Origin: Vicugna vicugna
Taxonomy: Eukaryota
NCBI GenBank assembly: GCA_013265495.1
Contig: MU057947.1
Coordinates: forward strand, 382,048-446,047
Length of the DNA: 64,000 bases
Direction: 5' to 3'
The position numbers and the translations under genes are program-made. The notes under the pieces are model-generated. The model was given only the letters and a program-made list of their open reading frames with translations. It searched no databases and had not been told where the DNA came from. Positions 49,560-60,729 of the stretch are shown piece by piece. The first letter of the stretch is position 1; each line of letters starts with the position of its first letter.

Positions 49560-50230
49560 AATCAATCACACACATTGCCCATGGTCCTTCCTTCATTAGG
49601 ATATGAGTTGCACTGCTTCTCAGAGGAACAGGGCACCAGTGCTGGCTGGGTGGCACAGGGTCAGTGTGGTGGCTTCATGGTGTGGGGACGCAGGCCCCTT
49701 CTCTCTGGGGCTCTGCCATCTCTAGAGGCAGCCTTGAGAAGCAGTGATGAGCACAGATCCTGAACGCAGGCTGCCTGGGATCAAATCCCAATTCTGCCAT
49801 TTACTGGTTCAGTCATTTCTCTGGGCCTCGGTTTGCACACCTGACATGTGTGGACACGGGTCAGGTCTGCTCCCTAAGGCTGCTATGAGATCACAGGTAT
49901 GAAGTACCGAGGCCCGTGCCTGACATAGAGTGAATGCTTCTTAAGTGGCGATGGCACTCGGAGCCTGAGGCTTTCCTTCTTCCACTGGTCAAGATGCCTG
50001 CTTGACACAAACACTTTGCCACCAGCATGGAGGGCTCTCTTTATAGTCACAACCAGGAAACTGCCCACATCCCACTGAGTGGAACTTCATCATGTGGCCT
50101 CAACCCCATGCAAGGACACAGGAAAATGTAGTCTTTATTCTAGGCACTCAGGAGCCCCCTAGAATGTCACCATCAGCAAAGGTGACAGTAGAGGCTGGAG
50201 CACAACAGATGGCAGGAGTCTCTGCCGCCG
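49560..50230 (-). mobile_element. MLT1J-like LTR interrupted by a MIR
   Basis: 'caggccccttctctctggggctctgccatc' before the MIR; 'cacatcccactgagtggaactt...aaatgtagtctttattctagg...agtctctgcc' after it. Confidence 0.7.
49730..49960 (+). mobile_element. MIR SINE, near full length
   Basis: 'ctgcctgggatcaaatcccaattctgccatttact...ctctgggcctcggttt...gtgcctgacatagagtgaatgct'. Confidence 0.85.
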
Positions 50231-52179
50231 TGTCTAAGTTAGATGCGTGACACCAAGCTCTGCATTTATCCTCTAAGTCCGAAGATAAAAATGTCAGAGT
50301 ATTGATCTGCCGATGCGGTCTCAACATGTTTTATATTCTGTTTGTTTTGCCTTGATTTTTTCTCAATTCAGAGATTAGTTCTTTTCAACCATATTCAAAA
50401 CAAGACAGGTGACAGCTCCTACCACAGAAACATGTAGGAGATATCACTTACATTTTTCTTTAGTTTTATTACAGTGAGTACATTTTTTTATCTTTAAAGG
50501 TGGCCGTTAGACCCTAGGAGACAAGCAAACCTAGCTTGAGCAGCAGAACCGTGGGATGTTGGAACCGCCAACGCAGAAACCTCACACAGAAACTTCATAC
50601 GTTCATTCGCCATGACTAACTCTTCTGTCTTGCGGAATTGAAAGTTATAAGAATGGCTTTCTTTAGAGCAATATAGAAACTTTTTTTCCCTCGAAACAGC
50701 TAAATAAAGGCTGGCAAAAACAATAGGTTCATTTTTTACTGCAGATCTTCAAATTATAGGAAACTTGTCTCTTGGCCAGTTTGGGCTGGCTTGGAGCCAA
50801 AATAGATGTCTCCAATCTCGTCCTCACCCTTATACGCATTGTGGGCAAGATAAAAACCCTTAATTTAAAAAACTCAAGCCAAGCACTGGGTAAGAGGCAG
50901 CGTGACTCCCTAAACCATACTAGTCATGGGGAAAAAAATCGTATTACTTTACGCCAGTTCATTTTTTTTCAGTCTCTAGAAATCAAATACTGAGAACATG
51001 AAACTTAAAAAAAAAGAGTCTCAAATATTTTGATAGTCTATTATAAATCAAGTTTTAATAACTAGAGGCACATACAAGCACAATAAATAAATGTGAAAAT
51101 ACTCACTGGTTAAATGTTTCTGAGCAGATGCTTCCTCTAGGTGGGCTGGCCTAAGAAAATCTGCAGGCATCTTTCCATTTCAAAGCACAAAAGACATCTC
51201 TTCTGCTCTTAGTCATGTCACCCTCCCTCCTCTTTTTTAATTAACAAGATTTGAGATCATTTGGCAAAGTGTAACCATAAAAGTGAATATTGTGATCGAG
51301 TGATGTTTTATCTCTTGAAAAATGTACCTTGTGGCTTCTCTCCCTGTGTAGCTCATAAACGTCACGCCTTCATATTTATCTCGCTTTCAACATCCGTTAT
51401 GCAATTGTCATTTCATTGAAATCAAAAGCTATCTCTTAATTACACAGGGATGGATTATAAATCTAGTTATTCATCTCTCTATATGTTCGTTCTTTAATGA
51501 TTACAGCTACAGGCCTAGTTTTGAACACAAAAGGCCAAAGTGGATTTTACTGGATTAAAATTAAGGCTTGGAAAATTGTACAGCCTGGAAGACAAAACAA
51601 AGCAGTATACGTGTGGCTAGTTTACAGTAACAATGGAATCTTGGGATGGTGAGATAATGCAAAACTTGCTGTCAGCGGCCCTAGAGAAGGCATGGAAGCT
51701 GCACTTCCTTCCCTGACCAGGTTAAATTTAGCGGGTATGGTTTAAATCATGCTAGGAGACGCTGCAGGGGATGTGGGGATGGCACAGGAGTATACCTTGC
51801 AGCCTCACTTGTAACACATGGACGTTCGTGACTCGCGTCTGCTGCATATCCTGGTGATTAATCACGAGGAGGCACCACCTCTTAAGTATTAAATAGCCTC
51901 TACGTGGGGAAAAATGGCTGTATTGCCAAGCACTAGGGTTTGATTCATTTAACATTAACTTTCAGCCTGTATTAAAGTGGCTTTAATTTTATTTGTATGA
52001 TGTTAGCGCATTCCTGGAAAAATAAATGCCCAGATTGTTTTTTCTATCTGAGTGTACATGATAGACTACTTATTCAGATGGCAAGCCCCATGTCATTCTG
52101 TATATGAAATGAAGATGGCTGTGTCTTAAAGCTTATTATAAAAAGGGGAAAAAAGACCATGATGGTAAGTTGGATCGAG

Positions 52180-52450
52180 GTACACTGTGACAAAATGTGG
52201 ACTGAGGACAGCGCAGTGGCAGGTGCTGCCCAGGGGACGGATAAGCAGTGATGCTCTGGGTGTCGGCACTCAGCCCAAGGTGCCCACAGTCCAGGTGGGA
52301 GGCAGGTGAGGATGCAGGTAACTGTGATCTGATGGGCCTGAGACTGAAGGCTGTGGAATGGGGGGGGTAGATTCAGCACCTCTGGGAAAGCTGCAGGCTG
52401 GGCCCCCCCTGAGAGAGGTGTAACTCCCCAGCCACCCTGAGAGCCTGGCT
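52180..52450 (-). mobile_element. L2 3' fragment
   Basis: 'actgaggacagcgcagtggcaggtgctgcc...caaggtgcccacagtccaggtgggagg'. Confidence 0.55.
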
Positions 52451-54698
52451 CCAGCCCCTCCTGCTACCTTGTGGATGTCAGAGTCATCGAACTGGTCGGG
52501 GCGGGGGCATGGCTCCAGAAGGGGCCCTTCCCCAAAGGCAGCATGAGAGCCACTCCAGGTTGAGCCAGCTCGGCAGCCCCTTGGGCCTGGGACCCCGGCA
52601 CACGTCTGCAGAACACGCCCAGCGCTGGCAGATGCAGAGGAGATGCTGGGCCCTGGGTCCCTTGTTCTGAATCCCTCCCCACCGGACTCACACTCCCATC
52701 CCCTCCCGCCAGAGGCCCCAGGAACTTCAGGTTGAACCACTGCCCAGCAAGCACCCAGTAGGGCTGTCGAAGCCCTGGGAGCCCACCCTCCTCCTCCAGA
52801 GACATCCACGGGCCCTCCTCGGGGGCAGGCTCAGTGCAGACAACAGGGACACTGAGACAAGCTGGCTGGTCCAGCCTGATGGGGAACTGTGCAGTAGTGA
52901 TCTTCCGGTTGATTCTAAGCGCCCCCCTTTCCCCCTGCCCTTCCCTCCTCCCTGGGTGGCCATAAACGTTAAGGCGTTATCTACCGACGATTATAATCAT
53001 ACGAAGCCAGGACAGATGGGGTCCACTCCTCAGCTCACGGCCGTAAAGTTTACAAACTCTCCGCGGCCCAGGGATAAATTACCATTGCTGATAACTTGTT
53101 CATTTACACAAAGCATTTTTCTTCAAGATGACTCTTTCTCCTTTCAATCATCCAGCCAAAGACTTTTTCTGTTAACCAACTTGTTTTTCTAGATCTTGCA
53201 GAATATTCGGGGATCTTAAGAGCAGATTGGAAACCATCATAAATGATTAGGCAAAAAAGGGTATTTTTGAAGCCCAATTTCTTCTCCTTTGAAATCCCAC
53301 GGTGGGGACCTTTCAAGAAACTCTGTGTTCCCATTGGGTTACACTTGACGAGAAAGGGGCCCCTAAAGGTTTATTTAAAAGTGTATTGTTGAAGATAATG
53401 GGTTCAGATTAAGTTTTGGGCTCCGCGCTCGCACTGTTGTTCCGTGGACTAATTATGGCCACATTAGAGTCACCGACGCGGGCCGGTCGAGCTCGTCGTA
53501 CGGGAAGGTGCTTCCAGACGTTGTTTTCCTAGACACCCCCCTCCCCACCACCCCAATGGCACCAGTGGGGATCGTGTAATGGCAGAGAAAAGGAATGATT
53601 AATTCAAAGTTCAGGTGCAAGACAGGGTCAGAAAAGAAACGTTCCAGGATAGAGTGAGCATTTCAAGATGAATTTGTGGCTTGAAACATCATTTTATGAT
53701 GCATTTTCTTTTCCGTGATCAGGGGAAGTCTGAAGGCTGACACCCCAGTGATGGCGGTGTTTCGGTGCCATGTTCCATGATGGGCTTTTCATAAAAATTA
53801 GCTGACATTGTCATGAGCACACAAGGAAATTTATAGCTTTCATACTGGACTGCCATTCCCAGAGCAATTTCCAATCACTTGGGCTTTTTATTAAGTTTAT
53901 TGTTCTTTTATTGTTCAGTGGAGTGTAAGCAGTGAGATTACAAATAAATATAAGCTCCACTGGATATGAAGGCGAGCGTGTGGAATTAGGAGGGAAGCCG
54001 GGAAGGAAGGCAAACATTCATTTGAATCACCGGTGATATGAGACACCGTGAGACACCACCAACGGACGCTTCCTGTCACCTGCTTATCTACGGAAGTTGG
54101 GAAACTGACATCCCATTCATGTTAAAGTTTTCCCGGAAAGCCCTCCAAGAAGTCTTTGTGCAGAAACTCGGTGCTGCACACGACTTTGCCACGTGAAGAA
54201 AGTGTGCCATTTTTGCTCCCCTTCCAGGTTCCTTCTCCGTTTGTTGCTGGGTTGTCTTCTTCATGCTTCCTCACCTGCCAGGTGTGTCACGCTGGCGTCG
54301 TGAACATCGCCCTCCAAGCCCCGGAGAGGACCACTCTGGAAAGCTCGAGTGACCGGCATGCCTGGGAGTCCCACTTCTGGAACCAATGAGACCAATGGGA
54401 GAACAACCAGCTTTCTTGCAAGGCTTGAATTTAGTACTTGTAGCACTGAGCCACTTCATTTTCCATTTCATCTTTATTTTTCCCCAAAGAGATGGTCCTC
54501 TTAATCACTAAAGTTTTAATGTTTTTTTTTTCCAGGAGTTGATTGAAAGTTGTTATTTAAGGCTTGTTAAGATGAGAACAGAGGTGATTGGAAGGGAGGG
54601 GTTGCTGTGTGATTCAAGGCCCTTCTCACGTCTTAGCCATGCATGGGTCATTATTCTTTCCATGTTAGGAAGGTGACCTTGTCATTTTGGTGGGCACC

Positions 54699-55264
54699 TG
54701 TGGGCAGACACTGTGGGTTGCGAGTCCCCCTTTGTACCTGTTAAGAAATTCCAGGTTTTGTGCAGCTCCAAGTGACGGATGTTTAACCTAAATCAATCAT
54801 TTCAATGTTCTCCATTTTCCCAGCCTCTCTTGTGGTGAAAGGCTGTCATGAAACCTAGTTCTGGCTGATGAGATTTAAGCAAAAGTGTGTTGTTGGGTGG
54901 GGAGGGGCTTGCTTCTGGAGCAACTTTGACTTGCCTGGTAAAATGGGGAAAATGTTGCTTACATACTTCTTATCCACCTTCCTTCCTCATCTTTTCTGTT
55001 TTAAGCCTGGAATCTGTCTGGAGCTGTGGCAGCCGTCTTGCAACCATGAGGCAACGAGTTTCAGGACAAAAGCTGACACATGAACAATGGGGGACTGAAA
55101 AGACAGAAAGGACTTGGCCATATGGCATCGTTGGGTGACAGGAATAACACTAGCCCCCCCTATCTACAGGTTTCTATGTGAAAACCGAACCTCTCCTTGT
55201 TTGGGGTAGACCATGATTAGTTTTGGGTATTCTGTTTCTTGTAGCAAGTGTGTCCCTATGATAT
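54699..55264 (+). mobile_element. MLT1J/L-like solo LTR
   Basis: TG start 'tgtgggcagacactg', 'ttcccagcctctcttg', 'ggagctgtggcagccgtcttgcaaccatgagg', end 'tattctgtttcttgtagc...tgatata'. Confidence 0.8.
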
Positions 55265-55267
55265 AGC

Positions 55268-55415
55268 CTAGACTCATATGGGAAACTTGTTAAATGCAGA
55301 TATCCTGGCCTCACCCCCAGTAATTTCCACTCACTATGTTTGCAACTGGGCCCAGGGGTCAGCACTTTTAACATCCCACGTCATTTTTATGCAAGATGCC
55401 CTGAGAAGCACAGAC
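55268..55415. mobile_element. MER5-type hAT-Charlie element
   Basis: 'cttgttaaatgcagatatcctggcctcacccccag...gggcccagg...ttttaaca'. Confidence 0.75.
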
Positions 55416-55737
55416 TTCGATCACAGCAAAGGAAAGGACTGAGGGGAGCCAGTCTGCTGGGGCAATGTGAACCAACTGCGCGCTTCCCCTCTGTCTGCCC
55501 ACTCTCAGGCCAGCCAGGTGCTGCCTGCGGTCCCTGAGCCCCAAATGCAGAGGGCAGGGAAATCCCACAATTTCCATCTAGGAAAAGGGGTGGGTCTAAG
55601 GAGTTCTATCCAGCCTCCTTCTCGCTCCTGGCGTTGACCCCACGAGGCCATCTTGGGGGCTGGTGAATGCACGGCCCAGCGGACATCACCCTTCACTTCT
55701 GCCACCACAGGCCAAGCCCCAGATGGCAGAAGGCCGG

Positions 55738-55885
55738 GGCCGGGTTCCCAACAAGGCTGCCTGAAAATGCAGATTCCTGGGTCCACATCTGCAGAACCAG
55801 GCTCCCTGGAGGTGGGACCTGGGAATCTGCATTGCTGGCAAGCTGCCCAGGTGATTCTGATGCCCCCAAAGGTGGAGCACCACAC
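55738..55885. mobile_element. MER5A-type hAT-Charlie element
   Basis: 'aaaatgcagattcctgggtcc...gggaatctgcatt...cccaggtgattctgatgc'. Confidence 0.85.
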
Positions 55886-55889
55886 CTAG

Positions 55890-56160
55890 AAATGGCTGGA
55901 ATGGACTTGGATCTGAGTGATTCTGGGATCAGCCAAAATGACCTTGTACTCCCAGCTCTGATACTAAGCCTGCGGCCATGGGAAATGGTTTAACCCTGAC
56001 CGGGATGACTGGACAACGGGCATCACCACAGAACTCGCACTGCACAGAGCAGTCCACTGGATCAGCTGAGATCATACATACCGCGAACTTATTAGCACTA
56101 TGCTGGAAAGATATGAAGTGAGCGCCCCAAGAATGTTAATCACCTGTGTCATGATCATTG
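55890..56160 (+). mobile_element. MIR SINE
   Basis: 'tcccagctctgatact...ttagcactatgctgg...gtgagcgccccaagaatgtta'. Confidence 0.6.
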
Positions 56161-56864
56161 ACACGATCACTATCTGGGGCCGCCTCTCCCCAGTGGGTCC
56201 ACTGGTGCCCGCAGCCATGGGGGCTGCAGGTCGATCAGATGCACAAGTTCTCCTTGCTATTTCAGGGAAATGGGGATCTGAGAAAATGACTGTTTAGTGT
56301 GGTAATTACTGGCTGTTGCTGTGGTCCCGTCTTAGGCCACGGATGGGGTGTCTGGGATTAGGAGATGGACGGGCTGCTGGGATGGGTGGGTAAAGCTCAG
56401 CCCCCTGCACCCTGGTCAGGGACCCTGGACAGCTGCCCACAGCAGCAGGGGAAGGGAAAGGTGAGGCCCAGGAATGCACTGCGAGGCAACCTGTCCCAGG
56501 ACGATGGAGCGGGGGGAACACGGAGATGGCCCCGAGTGCTCAGTGGGGAAACCAGCACAGATCCACAGTGTCTCACACCAAGGCACTGGAAATGGTCTAC
56601 AGTGGAAGAACGAGCAGTTTCATAGAAAGAAGGCAGGGCCCACTTACCATTTATCAGCCGTCCCTGGACTCTGGAGGTGAGCTGCCTGCCCACGGCTTTC
56701 TTTGACCTCACGCAGTTGACTTATAGTAAACAATGACATTCAACTTATTAGCGAATAAGTATATTCTTGGGATATGTACTAGCAAAAGCCAATGAGACCT
56801 TAGTCAGAATGAGCTAAATAGATACCCAGCTGGGTGCACAACCACCCTATCAAAACGGCCCTGT

Positions 56865-57053
56865 ACAGCAAGGTCCCCTGCACGGCACGGGGAACTTACA
56901 TTCAGGAACTTGCAGCGGCCTATGATGAAAAAGAATATGAAAGGGAATCTGTCTCTATATATGTATGAATGAACCACTATGCTGCACGCCAGAAATTCAC
57001 ACAACATTGCAAACTGACTATACTTCACTTTGGTAAATAAATACGGCAAATGG
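56865..57053 (+). mobile_element. Young L1 3' terminus with TSD
   Basis: 'gaaaaagaatatgaaa...cgccagaaatt...aaactgactatacttca'; CGGCCCTGT at 56856-56864 and 57058-57066. Confidence 0.88.
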
Positions 57054-57529
57054 AGAGCGGCCCTGTGTAAGCGCGAGGGGCCGCGCTCTACCTAGCTGAT
57101 GCTGACCGCGCACAGCCCTTCCTCCGCCTGCCGGGCCCGGGAGGCCTGCCCTCCCAGGCCCCACCGCCCACCCTGCAGCTGCCCTGCAGACATGGGGGAG
57201 TGGACACTCGGGCGAGGCAGGAATTTGCGTCTTCACCCGAGGACCCTCTGCAGGCAGAGCGGCCAGGCAGGCCCAGGTTCCGGGTTCGTGCTGGTTGGGT
57301 GAGGACCGGCACCGTGTCACCTTTCAACACTGGCTGTGTATCTGCAAAGATGTCCCCCAACTCAGACCACCCCAGAGGGGGCTGGCTTGGTCTGAAGGAC
57401 TGTGGTGAAATGCTGAGTCATTTGGAAACAGCGGCTTGCAGCAAACAAACCATCGGTGCTCTTCAGATTTGCAAAGCATCTTTGAGCAAGTGGTTACGAG
57501 ACTTTGTAGCAGCACAGGGACCACGTCTT

Positions 57530-57842
57530 ACCCACCCAAACCTTCAAGGGGCTTCCCTGAGCCCACGTGGTGTTTCAGGTGCCCTGAGATGGTGCTGCCC
57601 TTCCTAGATTTACACTAATACCTAAGGTACTGAGAACGGAGTTTCCTCCGCCAAGGGTCTGCCGGTGTCCCGGGTCTGTGTGTCCAGGGGGTCGGCGTGG
57701 TCAGGCCCCGGGGCAGCGGGCGGCTGGGGGCTCCTGCAGGAAGGGCCTGACTGGCCCTGCCCCTTCCCCCACCACGGGGCCCAGCATAGTGAAGCACACA
57801 GTGGGCACTTAGTGACTGCTCGTGGTGGGCTGAACCTGAATA
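57530..57842 (+). mobile_element. L2 3' end, GC-rich copy
   Basis: 'gcccagcatagtgaagcacacagtgggcacttagtgactgctcgtgg...tgaat'. Confidence 0.6.
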
Positions 57843-57949
57843 ATCATCAGATTAATGTTTTCGTAAGTGGACAGTGTTTCGTTCCGTTCCAAGGAGCCCC
57901 TTCATGACCACAGGTCTGAAGGGAGACGGACATATTATCTCCTTGAGTC

Positions 57950-58857
57950 TTTTAGCATCTCTCTAAAACTCTTTCTCCGTCTCGGCCCCTTGTGATGCCC
58001 AGCTCTCCCTGTCCCTCGAGGTTCCCCACCAGCATCTCAGAGTCCACACTGTGAGAGTTCACCACAGGCGTGAGCGGGGTGCTCACCTCAGCCTCACCAG
58101 TGACTCGCTCTGTGCCCCGACCTCCCCCTGCCCACTTCCCACATCCATCCCAGGCCACCCCCCCACCCCCCCAGGCAGCCCCCCTTTGCCTCTCACCGCA
58201 CACAGTTCACGGCCTGCAGTTGTCCGTGCCTCCTCTCTGCTGCACTCCAAGTCAGACTATGCGCTTGGTTCTAGGCAGAACCTTCAGTGGCCCCATTGCC
58301 TGTCAAAATAAGATCAGCCTCCTTACCCACACACCCAAGACCCTTCCTCCTATTGTTCACCTGTCCTTCTAGCCTTTTCTTCCCCAACCAATCTACCTGG
58401 GTCTGGCGGACTAGCCAGGTTGGAACTCAGCATCCCGGTGGCCCCCAGACTGACACACCATGCCTCTGGACAAGGAATGCATCTTCTTGGAAACTCTCCT
58501 GCCCCCATCTTCTTCTGCCTAGAATCTCTGCACCTCAAAGGCCCTTTAAAACCCCCCGCCCCTTCCTCTTTCCTGACCTTCCCAACCAGAGGGAATGTCC
58601 CCCTCCTCCAACCCCCCCCCCATGCCACCGCAAATCCACACCATCCTCGCTCTGCTTCGTTCATTTGTTCACCCATCGCACTCACCCCGCCAGCAGCTTC
58701 TCCAGCCACGCACTGAGAGTTTATCAGTTGGGTCACGAGACCCTGGAGGACAGAAACTGCGACTTACCCCTCAGTATACTTCCCTGGGCCTGGCTTGGCG
58801 CCTGGCTGACAGTAGGTTTTCCAAAACTGTTTCCTGGATTAAAATTGAATTGAATGC
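57950..58857 (+). mobile_element. L2 3' region
   Basis: 'aaccttcagtggccccattgcctg', 'tcttcttggaaactctc', terminal 'gcctggctgacagtaggtt...tgaattgaatg'. Confidence 0.75.
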
Positions 58858-59199
58858 AGGAGCGGTTGTATTGACCAAGATGGCATTTTAAAACGTAAGG
58901 TTCATCAAAATAATGAATCATTGCTCCCGTTCCACACTTCAGGGGGAGAGCTTCCAACGAGAGCGGGCGCCTGGCTGTTTGGATGCATTATTCCCTTTGC
59001 AGAAGCCTCGGGCGTGCAGAGCTCTGCCTCCTGGTTGTCACCGCCTCCCGCCCTGGGCGGCCCCAGCCTCCTGCCCCCCGGGCTAACGTCTCTGCCACCT
59101 GCAGGCAGTCTTTAGCCTCTGGGCCTGGGAGGCTGGGCTGAGGCCAGCCCTGCAGGCGGCGAGGGAAGCCCACCCATTTTGCATCTGTGCAAACCAGAG

Positions 59200-59470
59200 G
59201 GCTAGCGGCAATATTCATCTTCATTTTCTCTTTAAACCCTTGAGCTGCATTATAGCTGCCATTGTGCTGGTGACAGACAAATGCCTTGCAATAAATCAAA
59301 GTTAGGGTGACTGATACACTAAACACCTTTGCTTAATGATGTGATTGTTTCTTATCTGCAAAGTAATGTCACTTATGGCTTTGCTATTTATAGTCAATGT
59401 AGTGTTAGACCATTTTATGCCCCTGATGCCTCTGTGGCCAGCCCATTAGCTGTGATTATGGACCAAAGGG
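59200..59470. promoter_or_regulatory. Candidate developmental enhancer (CNE-like)
   Basis: CATTGT 59260, TGACAG 59271, CAATAAATCA 59289, ATCAAAG 59295, CTTATCT 59351, CTATTTATAG 59384 in an AT-rich patch inside GC-rich DNA. Confidence 0.5.
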
Positions 59471-60295
59471 GAGACAGCCACTGAAAGCCTGGAGAGAGAA
59501 GGCTTCAGAGTGTTACAGCGTCTCCACCCATGAAAACCCATGCCGGGTACACATTCCACCCCGACTTTCTCCCCAGCTCAGGTGAGTAATAAGACACCAG
59601 CTGATGCTGCCCATTCGGGGTCCACCTGTGTCAGGACTGAGCATCCTCCGGAAAGCATGATGGGTCCGGACAGCATGATGATATTAAATGTTAAAAACAA
59701 AACAAAAGGTAAGGGGCCGCCTCCCGCTCTGGTGCAGTCCCTGGCCCAGCAGGGCTCAGGCAGGTGAAGGAACATGGATGGACCAGACGCGCAGGCAAGT
59801 CCCCCATCGGGAGGCCGGCCCCGGCTCAGCCGTTCATTCATTATTTGCCAGGCGTTGCCCACACTATTCTCTTTGAACAGGGTGTCAGTGGGGAGGGCTG
59901 AGTCCACCGGGGTCTCCCTCCTCTGCTCTGTCCCTGCAGTGAGAGGTTTCTCCACCAACTTCAAAGGCAGCCCCCACGGTGGGACCAGGGCCCCTCCTGG
60001 CTGGCCCCCGCTCCTCCCATACCAAGCTTCTGGCTCGACGCCTCTGCTCAGGCCTTGCAGCCTCCCCATCGCCCTAGGTGGGGACAGCACTGAGGAGCAG
60101 AACCCAGAACCCCTGGCTACCCTCGGGAGAGGGGCAGGAGAAGCTAGCAGCCTGTTGGTAGCACTGAGGAAATCCTCTCCAAGGTGCTGGACACCAGGGG
60201 ACAGCTGTGGGACTTCAAAGCCACGCCTGGCACCTTCCCAAGGCCCTTGGAGGCCACAGCCCTAGGAGCAATGCATTTATTCGGCAAGTAGTGCC

Positions 60296-60729
60296 TGTAG
60301 TGGGTAGAAGTGTCTCCAAAAAGCTACATTCAAGTCCCAGCCCCCGTAACTGTGAACGTGACTTTACTTGGAAATGGTATTTGCAGATGCGATCGATTCA
60401 CATGAGGTTGTACCAGACTAGGGTGGACCCTAGTGCAACGGCTGGTCTCCCAACACGAAGAGGCACAAGGGACACACAGACACATACCACGTGATGGCTG
60501 GAAATACAGCCTCATGATGACAGATGCAGAGATTGGAGTGATGCAGGCCTACAAGCCAGAAGTTGCCAAAAGCTGGGAGAAGAGCCTGGAACAGCTTCTC
60601 CCCGAACCTCTGGGAGGAAGCAACCCTGCCGACACCTTGATCTCAGATTGGGGGCCTTCAGAGGTCGAAGAGAATAACTTTCCTGGTGTTTTAAGCCACC
60701 CTGTTGCTGGTACTCTGAAAACTAACACA
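60296..60729 (+). mobile_element. MLT1C-like solo LTR
   Basis: TG...CA termini (tgtagtggg ... actaacaca); 'gcagagattggagtgatgca', 'caaccctgccgacaccttgatctcaga', 'ttttaagccacc'. Confidence 0.9.

Noticed and set aside
54536..54583. 48-nt frame-preserving candidate exon (ELIESCYLRLVKMRTE)
   Set aside because: Weak donor (GTGATT) and unrecognised peptide; such pseudo-exons are common. Needs RNA-seq.
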